Assembly: GCF_023055435.1 (NCBI RefSeq)
Contig: NW_025964223.1
Span: forward strand, 51,032,936-51,090,000
Origin: Haliotis rufescens
Taxonomy: Eukaryota
DNA: 57,065 bases
Reading direction: 5' to 3'
This document shows positions 12,453-23,308 of this stretch, one piece after another (positions within the stretch are counted from its first letter, which is position 1; every line of letters starts with the position of its first letter). The notes under the pieces are model-generated. The model saw only the letters and a program-made list of their open reading frames with translations. It was not told where the DNA came from and ran no database searches. Made by a program: the position numbers and the translations under genes.

Positions 12453-14158
12453 ATGGTTTCACTCAAGTTGATGTTCGTAATGGCGTTATTAATTGTAATA
12501 ACATCGTATGTGGTTCTTTCTAAATACATGTACATCTCGCCAAGCATGCTCAGCGATACATCTGGCAACAACGAACAGTATAATCCAGCAATCAATATTT
12601 CTTCATCTAAAAACATCCCACCATTCAATCAGCATTCAAGCATCCTGTCACATTTATTGACAGGGCACTGGAAAACACGACCTCTTACGAAAAAGGAAGA
12701 CGAACAAATATCGAAATTTCTTTCTGACACAAATGCCCGATACCGGTTCCCTACGAATTATCAAAGGACTGACGGTCTCTGTGGAAATGTTACCCACATC
12801 AAATCTAAAGCTGCTGAGTGGATAAGGGCCTTGTGTGATCCGAAAGGAACAACTCCTTGCTGCTTCAACAACAAATGTGCTTTGAAGTCTGTGGAGGAAT
12901 GCGTGTGTCCTGATTGTTATGATATGAGGAACCAGAAACATGCTGAATATTCCACCTGGATACCATCAGACACGAAATACGTCTACAAGGAACACAGCCC
13001 CCAAGAAGCTTGTAGCATCCTCAACGGTAGCACGATTCTGTTTGTTGGGGATTCTCTTGTTCGTCATGTGTACACAGCTATGCTGCTTATTGTCACAGGA
13101 AATATGAAAGATGGAGCTATGAAGGATGATGTACCACAGAGTAAGTTCAAATGGTTCAATGCGTTCAACTTGCGGAATATTTTCCTAATTTGAATCTGAA
13201 TGAATGAACGAAGAACAGTTTTGTTATAGAAGATCATATAATAATAAAACATGCACAGTTATGTCAATGTTAAAATAGAAAGAAACACTCGAATATCGAA
13301 AATAGATCAATATCAACATAGTACAGAAGAGCTTGTTTAATATGATCATTATTTTGAGAATGTTACAGTGTAAGTCCTAATATAAGATAATATAAGCCTT
13401 TGTTTCGTATGTCTTGTTACCGTAACAACAGTATCACGTCTTACTGCTATGTGCTTGTTAGCCTGATACAGATGTATTCAGAAATATGTTAAAGTAGAAG
13501 CAGTCCATTCACAACCACTTTATTAATCATTGAATATTTAATAATGTACATTACATATGCCTTGACATTTATAAGTATTTTACAAAAAGCCTTTGTTTGT
13601 CTTTCAGATATTAGAAACACGTGTACCGGAATGTACATGTTCACAGAAAAAGTATGTCGACTGCATCTGAAGTTTGGGCTTCGTGCTTGCAATGGCACAG
13701 TTAACCTGGAACTTAAATACTTCTTCTATGCCAGTTATGGCCCACAGTTGAAACAAAGTGTTGAGAAATTAAATAGCAAGTCATTACTTTTTACTGGCAT
13801 CGGTATTCACAGTCATTATGAGCATAAAGTCATTCAAAAGAAGTTTTTGTTACCAACACTCAAGTACATAGAGAACAATACGATACCTTGGCCAAAAGTT
13901 ATGTGGGCAGCTAGTCATGCCCCTGGTACCATGAAGTCCCCGATGGTGTCGTCCCAGTCTTATGGCAGTGTGAAACGCTTCAATGACAACATGGATCCTT
14001 TCCTCAGATCTTGGAAAATTCCTGTTTTCAATACCTTTACCATGACCGATGGAATGGCGAGTTTTGATGGTGAGCACTACGGACTTGGGATGAATGTAGT
14101 GAAAGCAAATCTACTTCTGAGTTACCTAAATGAATTGAAAAATAGGGGATTGTGGTGA
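12453..14158 (+). CDS. Type-II membrane SGNH-fold O-acyltransferase/esterase with Cys-rich stalk, paralogue 2; exons 12453-13140 and 13608-14158, 412 aa
   Basis: Acceptor ttttccag at 12442, ATG at 12453, donor gtaagt at 13141, acceptor ctttcag ending 13607 (phase 1). GDS and DGEH motifs intact; close paralogue of 1510-3169. Confidence 0.88.
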
Positions 14159-15929
14159 GTTTTTTTTGTCGGTGTTTGTCTAATCTAATTTTATTTAATT
14201 TTGTTTGACACAAGAATATGAAGATCCATTTTGCTGGTGGTAAATCTCATGGTTGAGTTTTGATCACATGGTTACAACACGTGGCTTCAGAGGATCGACA
14301 GTCGTGTGACTGCGAGGGTTGGTATGTAGCAGCGCGAGCATTATGTGTAAATATAATACAGTATTAATACACATTTACACGTCACATATAGAATTGGCGG
14401 CTATAAAACATTTCGACAGAGTACTTACAAGAAGTTTAAGAAACAGTGTGTTATTAAAACTCGTGAGCATTATAAATATATTTTTGTCATTAATAACGTT
14501 TTTGTCCAATATGGAATAAAAGCTTCTAAATAATTCAAATTAAGTTCTTCATGAAATTCGTAATCAGTTAAAAAATACATTTCGGTTTCACAGAGTCACA
14601 GTGTTTTCATTTCTATAATAAGTGAACGTTTATACTGATCCATTTAAATAATTTCTACCTTCATGTCAGTTTGGCGTTATTCTCTTGAAAACAAGACGTT
14701 GATTCTCGAGATAAATCTCTATTTTACTCCGAATGTCACTTTGGCGGGAATGAGGTTAACATTAGGCAACTCAATTTGTTTTTATTATTTCTGATCAACA
14801 AAGGAATCAGGATCTTCTTGGTATAAGTTTGTTATTTCTATTTCGTGCAATTGTGGATTAAGGTTGGAATGTTTGGGTGATCTAAATATATTATAAAGAT
14901 AAAAGTCCTTACTTACTTTTTCTTAAAATGAGTGATGGAAAACAAGAAACAAATATGTTTCAGGTGCCACCTAATATTCTAATAACAAAAAACAAATTTC
15001 TTTACATAACGAAAAGATGGTTAGTCATGTCAGGCAAACAGTTACGTATGGTTATTGTCAAGTCCAGAACATCAAGAACTAAGAGACCAGCAAAACGCAA
15101 CATGCTTCTTATGGTGGCAACGTGGCCACCATGGGTAGAATGTGCTTATCTCTATTCAACGATGTGACGTCAGAAGCCTGTTAAGCAGGAAAGGCTTACA
15201 AAGTTTCTACTTTTCTTCTGTGTTGTGACCCACGTGGTTCCAGTGGTTTCTTACCGTTGCCACAGTAACACTCAGACTGACGTCAACACGCGCTGCCACC
15301 TGACGTTGATTATCACGCCTTTGGAGCATGTCAATACCTCTGGCACGAGTTACAGTACACATAAATCGGCGCATTGTTGTCACGTTCAACTGTTTATAAA
15401 CAGAGCGGCTTTATCTCAGTTTTGAATGAGTACATGAAGTTAGACTGGTTAGTTTATATATCCGTGTTTTATCCAATCCACAAAACATTTGTGCAAATTT
15501 AGTGAGAGTGTGGTGTATTTTACCATTATTTTTGTGGAATCACCTAACGCATGACTTTCTGTCAGCGCAATAGACACTTCACGGTGATTATTTATTATGC
15601 GTCAAAGTCAGATTGACCAATCAGACAGCCGAACTACTAACCCCATATAAACCCGTATACCGTCAGTAAAAATCCAAGATGGTTGTTACTGATCTAAAAT
15701 GAGACCGTATACCGTCAGTAACAGCCAGTCTGGATTTTCCAACACCAATCTCACATATTTCACATGAAAATGCTGGTACAGACATTCGTTATTCGACACT
15801 GTTTTGGGTTTTAATAGCATTAATTGTGATGTGCAAAGACATTATTTTTTAAAGAAACCACGTTCGTGACCTTGTTAATAAAATTCTAGAAAAAAAGAGG
15901 CTTACAGCGGATGTCACTGATTTACCATT

Positions 15930-16429
15930 AGAAACGTCACAGAACATTATAGGATGACGTCACAAACAAGAAACGTGCCGCCAATGACGTCACATAGCAA
16001 AAGAATAGATAGCGGTCTGTCGATAGGAAAACGTGGACTGCTATCAAGTTACAGTAGTCCGCCTATTTCTGATAACATTTTTTATGCATTTTTATGATAG
16101 TTCTATCCATTTCAGCTATAATACTTGTTTAAACATTCACATTCCTTTGTTAACGTTTGTGTTTACATTAAAGCGTTGTATCGAAACCATGTACTGGTCC
16201 TGTCGGTTATACAAGTAGTGTAAACTTTTCGGCATAAAAAATTCGTTATGGTGTCTTTAGTTGCCGTGTACGGTGTCATATTAGGTTAGCAGAAAGATAT
16301 TGGGATATACGGCAACTAAAGACACTATAACTAATAATAGCCCTATGACATACACCTTCACTGTAACGTGAGTAGAAATATAGACCCAATATGAGAACTT
16401 GCCGCACAATACATGCATACTTGACACGC
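15930..16429 (-). mobile_element. Possible decayed Penelope GIY-YIG 3' end
   Basis: Minus strand gives CQVC...STHVTVKVYVI...PNIFLLT with frameshifts, followed by repeated TGACGTCA as in the Penelope remnant near 20190; runs into the gap. Confidence 0.3.
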
Positions 16430-16622
16430 NNNNNNNNNNNNNNNNNNNNNNNNNNNNNNNNNNNNNNNNNNNNNNNNNNNNNNNNNNNNNNNNNNNNNNN
16501 NNNNNNNNNNNNNNNNNNNNNNNNNNNNNNNNNNNNNNNNNNNNNNNNNNNNNNNNNNNNNNNNNNNNNNNNNNNNNNNNNNNNNNNNNNNNNNNNNNNN
16601 NNNNNNNNNNNNNNNNNNNNNN
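16430..16622. other. Assembly gap (193 N)
   Basis: Run of N. Confidence 1.
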
Positions 16623-16858
16623 TAACGTGAATACCCCACTCATACACATCATAGTATCCGATCCGACCACGGCAAAAACATTGAAGAGAGGTGCACTATA
16701 CAGGATGTCAAAGGATTCTATGTCAGCGGGTACCTGACAGATCCAACCTCCGTCAGAGCACACACAGAGCAGAAAATGTCTCGAAATATTGTACAATCTG
16801 CGAATATGAGGATATTAAAAGAATGTATAAGACAATGCAACATGCATGTATATATGTA

Positions 16859-17033
16859 CAGTAAACTACGGTTATAACGAACACGCTTATAACGAACTGA
16901 CGGATATAACGAACTTACTTTTTGGTCCCGACTACTTGCTGTAGTCATGCTGCATATGTACTTATAACGAACAACGGTTATAACGAACTAAAATTAGTAG
17001 TCCCTTTGAATTCGTTATAACCGTGGTTTACTG
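16859..17033 (+). mobile_element. Tc1/mariner-pogo type MITE
   Basis: TA|CAGTAAACTACGGTTATAACGAA...TTCGTTATAACCGTGGTTTACTG|TA with internal TTATAACGAAC repeats; second copy at 56588-56761. Confidence 0.88.
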
Positions 17034-17617
17034 TACTAAAATAGTACAAAAGCATCTCTATCAAGCCCTTTATTTCTATTTAAGACAGTGATTAATATAA
17101 GATTTCAGGAGTTTGGAGAATACATGAGTGATGCTATTATAAAAAATGATGCTGTTATACATGGAAATCCCTTTTTCCCCTTTGATACGTGTAGTATGAA
17201 ATTACTTGGGTTAAGGTAAGGGTTAGCTACACACACAACCCCATCTCACCCGTTACCCTCGCACTCTGTATATATAAAATATATGTATTATAACGGCTGT
17301 CTCTTTTTACATATGATGTCGTACTTATTTTAGTGTGTAGACAGGCATGTTAAATATTTTACTATTTTGAGTGTGACACGGTTATTATGTCCTTCCAAAC
17401 AACCTTTACCAAGTTTCACATTGTCACAATGCCTAATAATTCCTTAAACGCCGGACCTCAACTGAGACTTCAACCCTGACCTCAACCTGGACTTCAAAAC
17501 ATGCAGAGCTCATTTACATCACAACAGCTGAGAACCCAATAGCCGACGCACGTAGAAGTAGTGGTGTTGAACGAAGATCCATGTTGATATGTAAGTATTG
17601 TCATGTATTTACGTATT

Positions 17618-17797
17618 GAGTGAGTGAGTTGGGTTTAAAGCCGCTTTGAACAGCATTCTAGTTATAGCACGATGTGTCAGCTTAATGTGGGCTGAAATCC
17701 CGAAGTGGTGAAGGTCTCAGACGTTTACCACTTCGGTGAAACACAAGAGCACGGGTATGGTGCTGACAAACCTAGAGACATAATCGGGGCGAGCCGA
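17618..17797 (-). mobile_element. Family A SINE, 3' part, split by the 17798-20855 insertion (continues at 20856-20891)
   Basis: SINE sequence stops at ggggcgagccga and resumes as ctgtgattcaaacccacgatcataggtttctggcgt. Confidence 0.88.
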
Positions 17798-18499
17798 TGT
17801 AGGAGGATCAGGTCACTCACCAGGATCAAACCACTCCAGAGTGATTTCATCCTTGGATAAAATCACTCTCCCGAGGATCATAACATTTCCCTTTGCAGGA
17901 TAAAACACTCCCCAGGATAACATACTCCACAGGATAAAACACTCCCCAGGATAAAACACTCCCCAGGTTGAAAATACTCCCCTTATACCTTCTGCATGCT
18001 GAATTGGCGATAAGCAGCGCCCTACCCTAATTAAATATCTATCCAAACCTTTAATATGGCTATATATTCAGTAAAAATACTTCACTTAAAAATCACTTAA
18101 AAATTACGAGAAGTCGCTGAATATTGATAGTAGTATTCGTATAATCTATTTTTCAAATATCTTATCTCTAAACTTGTTAATTTTTGTCAAACGTTTCCGA
18201 AACCTAGATATTTCCACTGAAACTGACAGGCGAGACATGGCCGCCCTCTCACTGTCAACAGAAGTGACCCAGAAAGCTACGTCACATAAGTTCGATCATT
18301 TGATTGGCTGGCTTGTCGCATACCCGGGAAAAGATGTTCGGACGATCTCTTGTGTCAAAATCCGAATAACAACAGTCCACAGTTCTTTCAGATATCTTTG
18401 CCCATGAAATGTTCATTTTATTTTTAATATTAAAAAACCCGATGAATAGTCACATATATTCAGCTTATTTACAAGGTATATGCAGGGAGTTATTCTTCA

Positions 18500-19760
18500 G
18501 GCTCATCGAGACAGTTCTGGGGGCGGGGCACCAATGTCCCAAAGTCGACGCACAACACGAACTGGCGTGCAGAAACGTAAATGCGTCCAGTGCTGACATG
18601 TAGGGTGGGTACATTGTGCCCAGGGTGTAATTATTAATGAGACACTAACTCAACCTTTTCAGGTACAAATTGGTTACATTTGCAGCAGAGTTCGTCATCA
18701 CTTGTCCCATCACTATTAGTCCAGGTTAAATAAGGTTTCACATGGAACAAATTGCAACAGAATGTATATCGTACGAATCTAAACTATCGCCCCGATGCGC
18801 GTTGGTCCGTGAAGTTCCAGAAGTACTTGCATTAGTCGCAGTGACAGTACTAGGTTTCTTCGAAGATTTACATGGTTTAGATGTTTGCTTTCTTTTTTGG
18901 GGTGCCGATGTCTCAGGTAGATGGGAAATAGTTTTATTCAGAATTACGGTGATGGCCTCGACCCCGCCAACAGCGCTCAGAACGTTTCTCTTTTTAGTAT
19001 GCACAGCTTTCTTGAAAAAAAACAGTCGTCTTGTCTTTAATGAATCCTGCTACATCATTACCCTCCGTATGTGAAGTGACAGTCTTGTCTCCAACTGGCA
19101 CACATGAATCAATAACACCAGTATCAGGATGCAGCAAACGTTTAGTGGACTTAAAAACTGTTGATAGTACACAGTTGATATTCGCGTGGGAGACTTGACA
19201 AATAGGTAGACTCCACATTTGATGAAAGAGGATTGCAAATTTGTTGGTGTCAACGGCAGGTTATAAGCTCTACAACCAAGTTCACAAACCGAATGTTTAT
19301 CAACTGAACTTGTGGCATTTTCCCGCATATACGTATGACGGAGGTTGTTGTAAATTTTAGCAAAAGGCCAAAAGCAGCCAACATCCATTGGCTGTAAAAC
19401 ATGGGACGTGTTTGCGAGCAGTACAAACAAAATAATTGGACCTGACGTGCCAATTCGATCAGTGGCATATATAGATACGTGGGATCTATGGTCATCGTAC
19501 ACAATAAATGGACTATCTGCAGACGCAACAGTATATTGTTGAAATATTGTTGAAAAATCTCCCTGTTTGACCAGCCAGTGTCGCTTACAGTACGTGCTGC
19601 TACATGTGTAGCAACCTGTAACGGTTGTCGTCCTTGATCTTGTTGTTGTCACTGCAGCTGTAGTAAACTGACTCGATGTGACTACTTATGATGGGGTATG
19701 ATTCTCCACAAGTCCCTTTTGATCAGCATTATAAATTCGATGAGGGGCATGTCTTCTGGT
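18500..19760 (-). pseudogene. pogo/Tigger-type DDE_1 transposase with C-terminal Cys-rich (PHD-like) region
   Basis: PHRIYNADQKG (first D), IVYDDHRSHVS (second D), NTSHVLQPMDVGCF (third D), LTPTNLQSSFIKCGVY, and downstream CCKCNQF...PWAQC; frameshifted. Confidence 0.85.
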
Positions 19761-19851
19761 TGTACATATCCATGACAAGGTGTGCCCATTTTGCAATCAG
19801 CCAGAATCCATTGCTCATTTGTTCCTGGACTGTCAAGATGCCGGCATGTAA

Positions 19852-20382
19852 TTAAAAGATAGAGTCACTGTACACAGACAGCAGATTAGAGACCCTGATG
19901 GTCGATGCTTAGGTGTCAGCAAACACATTGATGATTGCGGAAACGGGAAATTTACTATTTTTCCGTTTTATAAATTGTATACAAGTAACAAGCAGCTGAG
20001 ACTGGAAAAAGAACAAATGTTTATCCAATTGATGAAACCCAAATTGAACTCTAGAATGTATTAATAGATTTGTCATTTCAATCGTAAATGTTACACTGTT
20101 ACTTTACAAATACTGTATATCTTAATTCAAATGTCTCCCTACAATTGTTAAATTACTTGGTGTCGTCGCTGGAGTGTGTAAATACATTATGACGTCACAG
20201 CTGTAATTTATGACGTCATCATAAGTATGACGTCATTATATGTCATTGTCAGTTACACTGAAGAGCTGTCATGAGACAGCGAAAGTACTATGTCTAAAAC
20301 TGATATAAAGAAGATGATGGACTAAAGTGGACTTTATTATTTTATTATATATATTAACTTTAATATATATATATATATATAT
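19852..20382 (+). mobile_element. Penelope-like element 3' fragment (GIY-YIG C-terminus plus pLTR region)
   Basis: 19852-20064 encodes LKDRVTVHRQQIRDP...VSKHIDDCG...FTIFPFYKL...RLEKEQMFIQLMKPKLN. It is followed by three TGACGTCA repeats, a hammerhead motif and a (TA)n end. Confidence 0.8.
20249..20303 (+). ncRNA. Minimal type-I hammerhead ribozyme
   Basis: Stem I tcagtt-ACA / TGT-ctaa-aactga; core CTGAAGA 20258-20264; stem II GCTGTC-atga-GACAGC; GAAA 20281-20284; palindromic stem III AGTACT; cleavage triplet CUA (predicted cut after 20290). Confidence 0.85.
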
Positions 20383-20914
20383 TGATTAACTTTACTGGAA
20401 ATGTGACTCGTGGTTTTCGTATCCTCTAGGTGATAACAACAATTATGCGCAGTCAGTTTGAAAATTAGAACTTAATAACAATGTATTTCATAGGAGGAAA
20501 ACATAGTTCGTCATCATTTGAATGCCGCTCACACCTGCACCATATACACACAAGCTACAAGATACAATGATTACACCCCTACTGATAACTACCGTGGCGT
20601 TTTGTACCCCTTTGAGTTACAGCATTTCCAAATAAGTAAATGAGTATTTTGCATTCTTTCCGGGGGAAGTGATTTGATTCTAAGGAGGGTTGATTGTATT
20701 CCGAATGGAGTGTTTTGGTCCTGAGAGGGGAGGAATTGGATCCTAGTATAATTTCACTCGAGTGTGTGTTACTTCTACATGTAGGATCAGTTCGCTACGG
20801 TGTGATTCTGTCCTATGACAGTGAAATGTAATGGGAGTGATTTATTTCCGCCACACTGTGATTCAAACCCACGATCATAGGTTTCTGGCGTATCTAAGTA
20901 TGGAGAAAGTGCAT

Positions 20915-21085
20915 GTCATCAGCAATATTCCAATCTTTATCACAGCGGCCTGTAACAAGGAAGTCTGGACCAGGCAAACCAGTCACCGAAAACATGATCA
21001 TTGATCCGTGGCACCAGGTTACGAATACGCTTTCAGCCAAGTCACATAACCAGCTATCCGATCCGCATTTACGACACACATGAGA
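20915..21085 (-). mobile_element. Degenerate family C SINE-like copy
   Basis: cagcaatattcca...gtctggaccaggcaaaccagt...ccaagtca...ccgatcc...ttacgaca aligns to family C. Confidence 0.6.
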
Positions 21086-21228
21086 CAACAGTGTCACAAC
21101 TGTATATGAGAAAATGCTAAAATATTGGGAAACTGCAGTCAGTGTAATATCTCAATGCAACGTTTGTTTGTGATCAAGGTGTAACAACTGCAACTGCCGA
21201 ATAGAACACAGAACATGATATCTGAAGA

Positions 21229-21280
21229 GTGAGTGAGTTAAGATTTAACGTCACATCGGCAGTATTTCAGCCATATCTTG
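21229..21280 (-). mobile_element. 52-bp 5'-truncated SINE/LINE tail with perfect 14-bp TSD
   Basis: ATGATATCTGAAGA at 21215-21228 and 21281-21294 flank gtgagtgagttaagatttaacgtcacatcggcagtatttcagccatat. Confidence 0.8.
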
Positions 21281-22450
21281 ATGATATCTGAAGACCACGA
21301 CTTAATATTTCTAGGTCAGGTGAACATGATGTATTTTGTATTGTAACGTGAGAGTTAAGGATGAAGGACACGAGGTATGTTATGTGAGCAAGGTCCAAGC
21401 AAAACTTATATTGTTTCAGCCACCATAAGTGGCGTTATGTAAATCTCTGATAGAGTTATTCACGGAAAAGTCCAAAAACCAATGTCACGACACAGTAATA
21501 GGTTTTCTCCCTTTCAAAATAAGGTTGTCTCATGCCAAGGCACTGTGTTCCAATAATCATGAGTGTCACTAAACAAGATTAAAGTAAGAATGAGAACCTG
21601 GTAATAGGTTAACATGTTTAATATCAACAACTAATTGTACCAATAGACGACAATAAAAGGATAAAATGCCCAATCTGCGCTGACAAGGATCTCTGATAAA
21701 TAAAATCAGCACAAACACACAAGCGGCTAAGCTAAGCAACTTTATTACAGCATATGAGAGTAGCTAAAAGAACACTTTGACAGATAATTCGTAGGCCATC
21801 CAATTAAGTCGGCTGCGACCAATTAACAACTGAGGTAATTAACTCAACACTCATAAAGAGTGAATAACCCCGAGTGGTTTAATAACGGGGAATATAAAAA
21901 CACAGACGGCCTGTCCCAAAAATATATCACTTTGACTATAGAATAGACGAGAACGTCTGAATATCAAACTAGTCTAAATGACAAAAGATTCTGTCACTTT
22001 GACTGAGCAAGGAATACTAAAATTCCCCAAAAGCTTGACAGTCACGGGAAGGTCGGTTATCCACGGATTGCTAGAAAAACTTAGAATTGGAAATCCTAGT
22101 TTCTAAGTGTAGCACAATACCAGAGTAAGCCAGTACTAGATCAAATCACTTACTAACGAAACCTGAGTTTCGAAGCGACCACCCAGTAAAATATTGCGCA
22201 CGGACTTCAGAGAGTCAGAGAGGACATTCTCTCCCTGACAGCCGTGGAATACAATAGTCTGAGGCCCTTAGCCAACGTGTGTTTCTAACCACGACTAACA
22301 AATCAACTACTATATCCATACTGAAGATGTAAGTATCAAAATAACACAAGCTATCCAACGGTATGATTAAAGATTTACAAGAAGCTATGTACACTTATTT
22401 TGGAGGCAAAAATGATCATAAATACATGAGAAATATCTGAGTGTATACAT

Positions 22451-22720
22451 GGGTGGGTGGTGGTGGTTTGTTGAACGCCGCACTCAGCAATATTCCAGCT
22501 ATATGACGGCGGTCTGTAACTAATCGAGTCTGGACCAGACAATCCAGTGATTAATATTATGAGCATCAATCCACGCAATTGGCATTGATGACATGCATCA
22601 ACCAAGTCAGCGAGCCTGACCACCCGATCCCGTTAGTCGCCTTTTACGACAAGCATAGTCACCTTTTACGGCAAGCATGGAATGCTGAAGACCTATTCTA
22701 CCCCGGAATCTTCACGGGTC
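22451..22720 (-). mobile_element. Full-length family C SINE-like element (GACCC head)
   Basis: Reverse complement begins GACCCGTGAAGATTCCGGGGTAGAATAGGTCTTC; shared tail and (CCA)n end. Confidence 0.9.
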
Positions 22721-23308
22721 GAGTATACATATGAATTCCCCTAATGTTTGAAAATCATAGTTTTACAAAAAAACATTTTCAACACATGAATAGCGATTAT
22801 ATGGGAGATAACAAACATCAAGTCAATACATTAGGTTACAAGAGAGTGGAATAGCAGGGTCACTTATTCTTTAACCATGAATGTAATGACACTGTACGAC
22901 GACGACCGCCGGACTTTGCCAAGTGGTGTCGGAAATATAGTGATGGAGCGGTGTGAGGTCACCAGACTGTGACAAGGGTAGATTTAATGACCCGGTGACA
23001 TCTTACTAACACATATCGTCCTAACTGTAGTTGTTAGAGATTAGGCCAGAGTGCTTGGATACTAACGCATTGCCGGCAGAAAATCGATGACATTTTGAGC
23101 AATGACAGTTTTTCATTGTCCTATTATTTGAAGATACCTGCCGCCCCAAAAATGTAAATAATTCAAATTAAATGTTGATTTATGTTCATAATGGCGTGTA
23201 ATGGTGTAAATATCGACACGTTAAAGTCTTGGTTGTGATGGCTGTGAAATCCGACAGCTCATTTATGATACTTACAATATTGTTTGTTCTATTTCAGACA
23301 ACCTAGAG

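Larger units (their letters stand above)
17798..20855 (-). mobile_element. DNA transposon with TGT...ACA ends, subterminal repeats and a 4-bp (CCGG-derived) TSD, containing a decayed pogo-like DDE_1 transposase and nested insertions
   Basis: Ends TGTAGGAGGATCAGGTCACTC and rc TGTGGCGGAAATAAATCACTC. CAGGATAAAACACTCCC repeats on the left, inverted GGAGTGTTTTGGTCCTG on the right. Flanks ccga / ctgt sit where the host SINE has a single ccgg. Confidence 0.7.

Noticed and set aside
16276-16796. ORFs spanning the N run
   Set aside because: Artefacts of the assembly gap.
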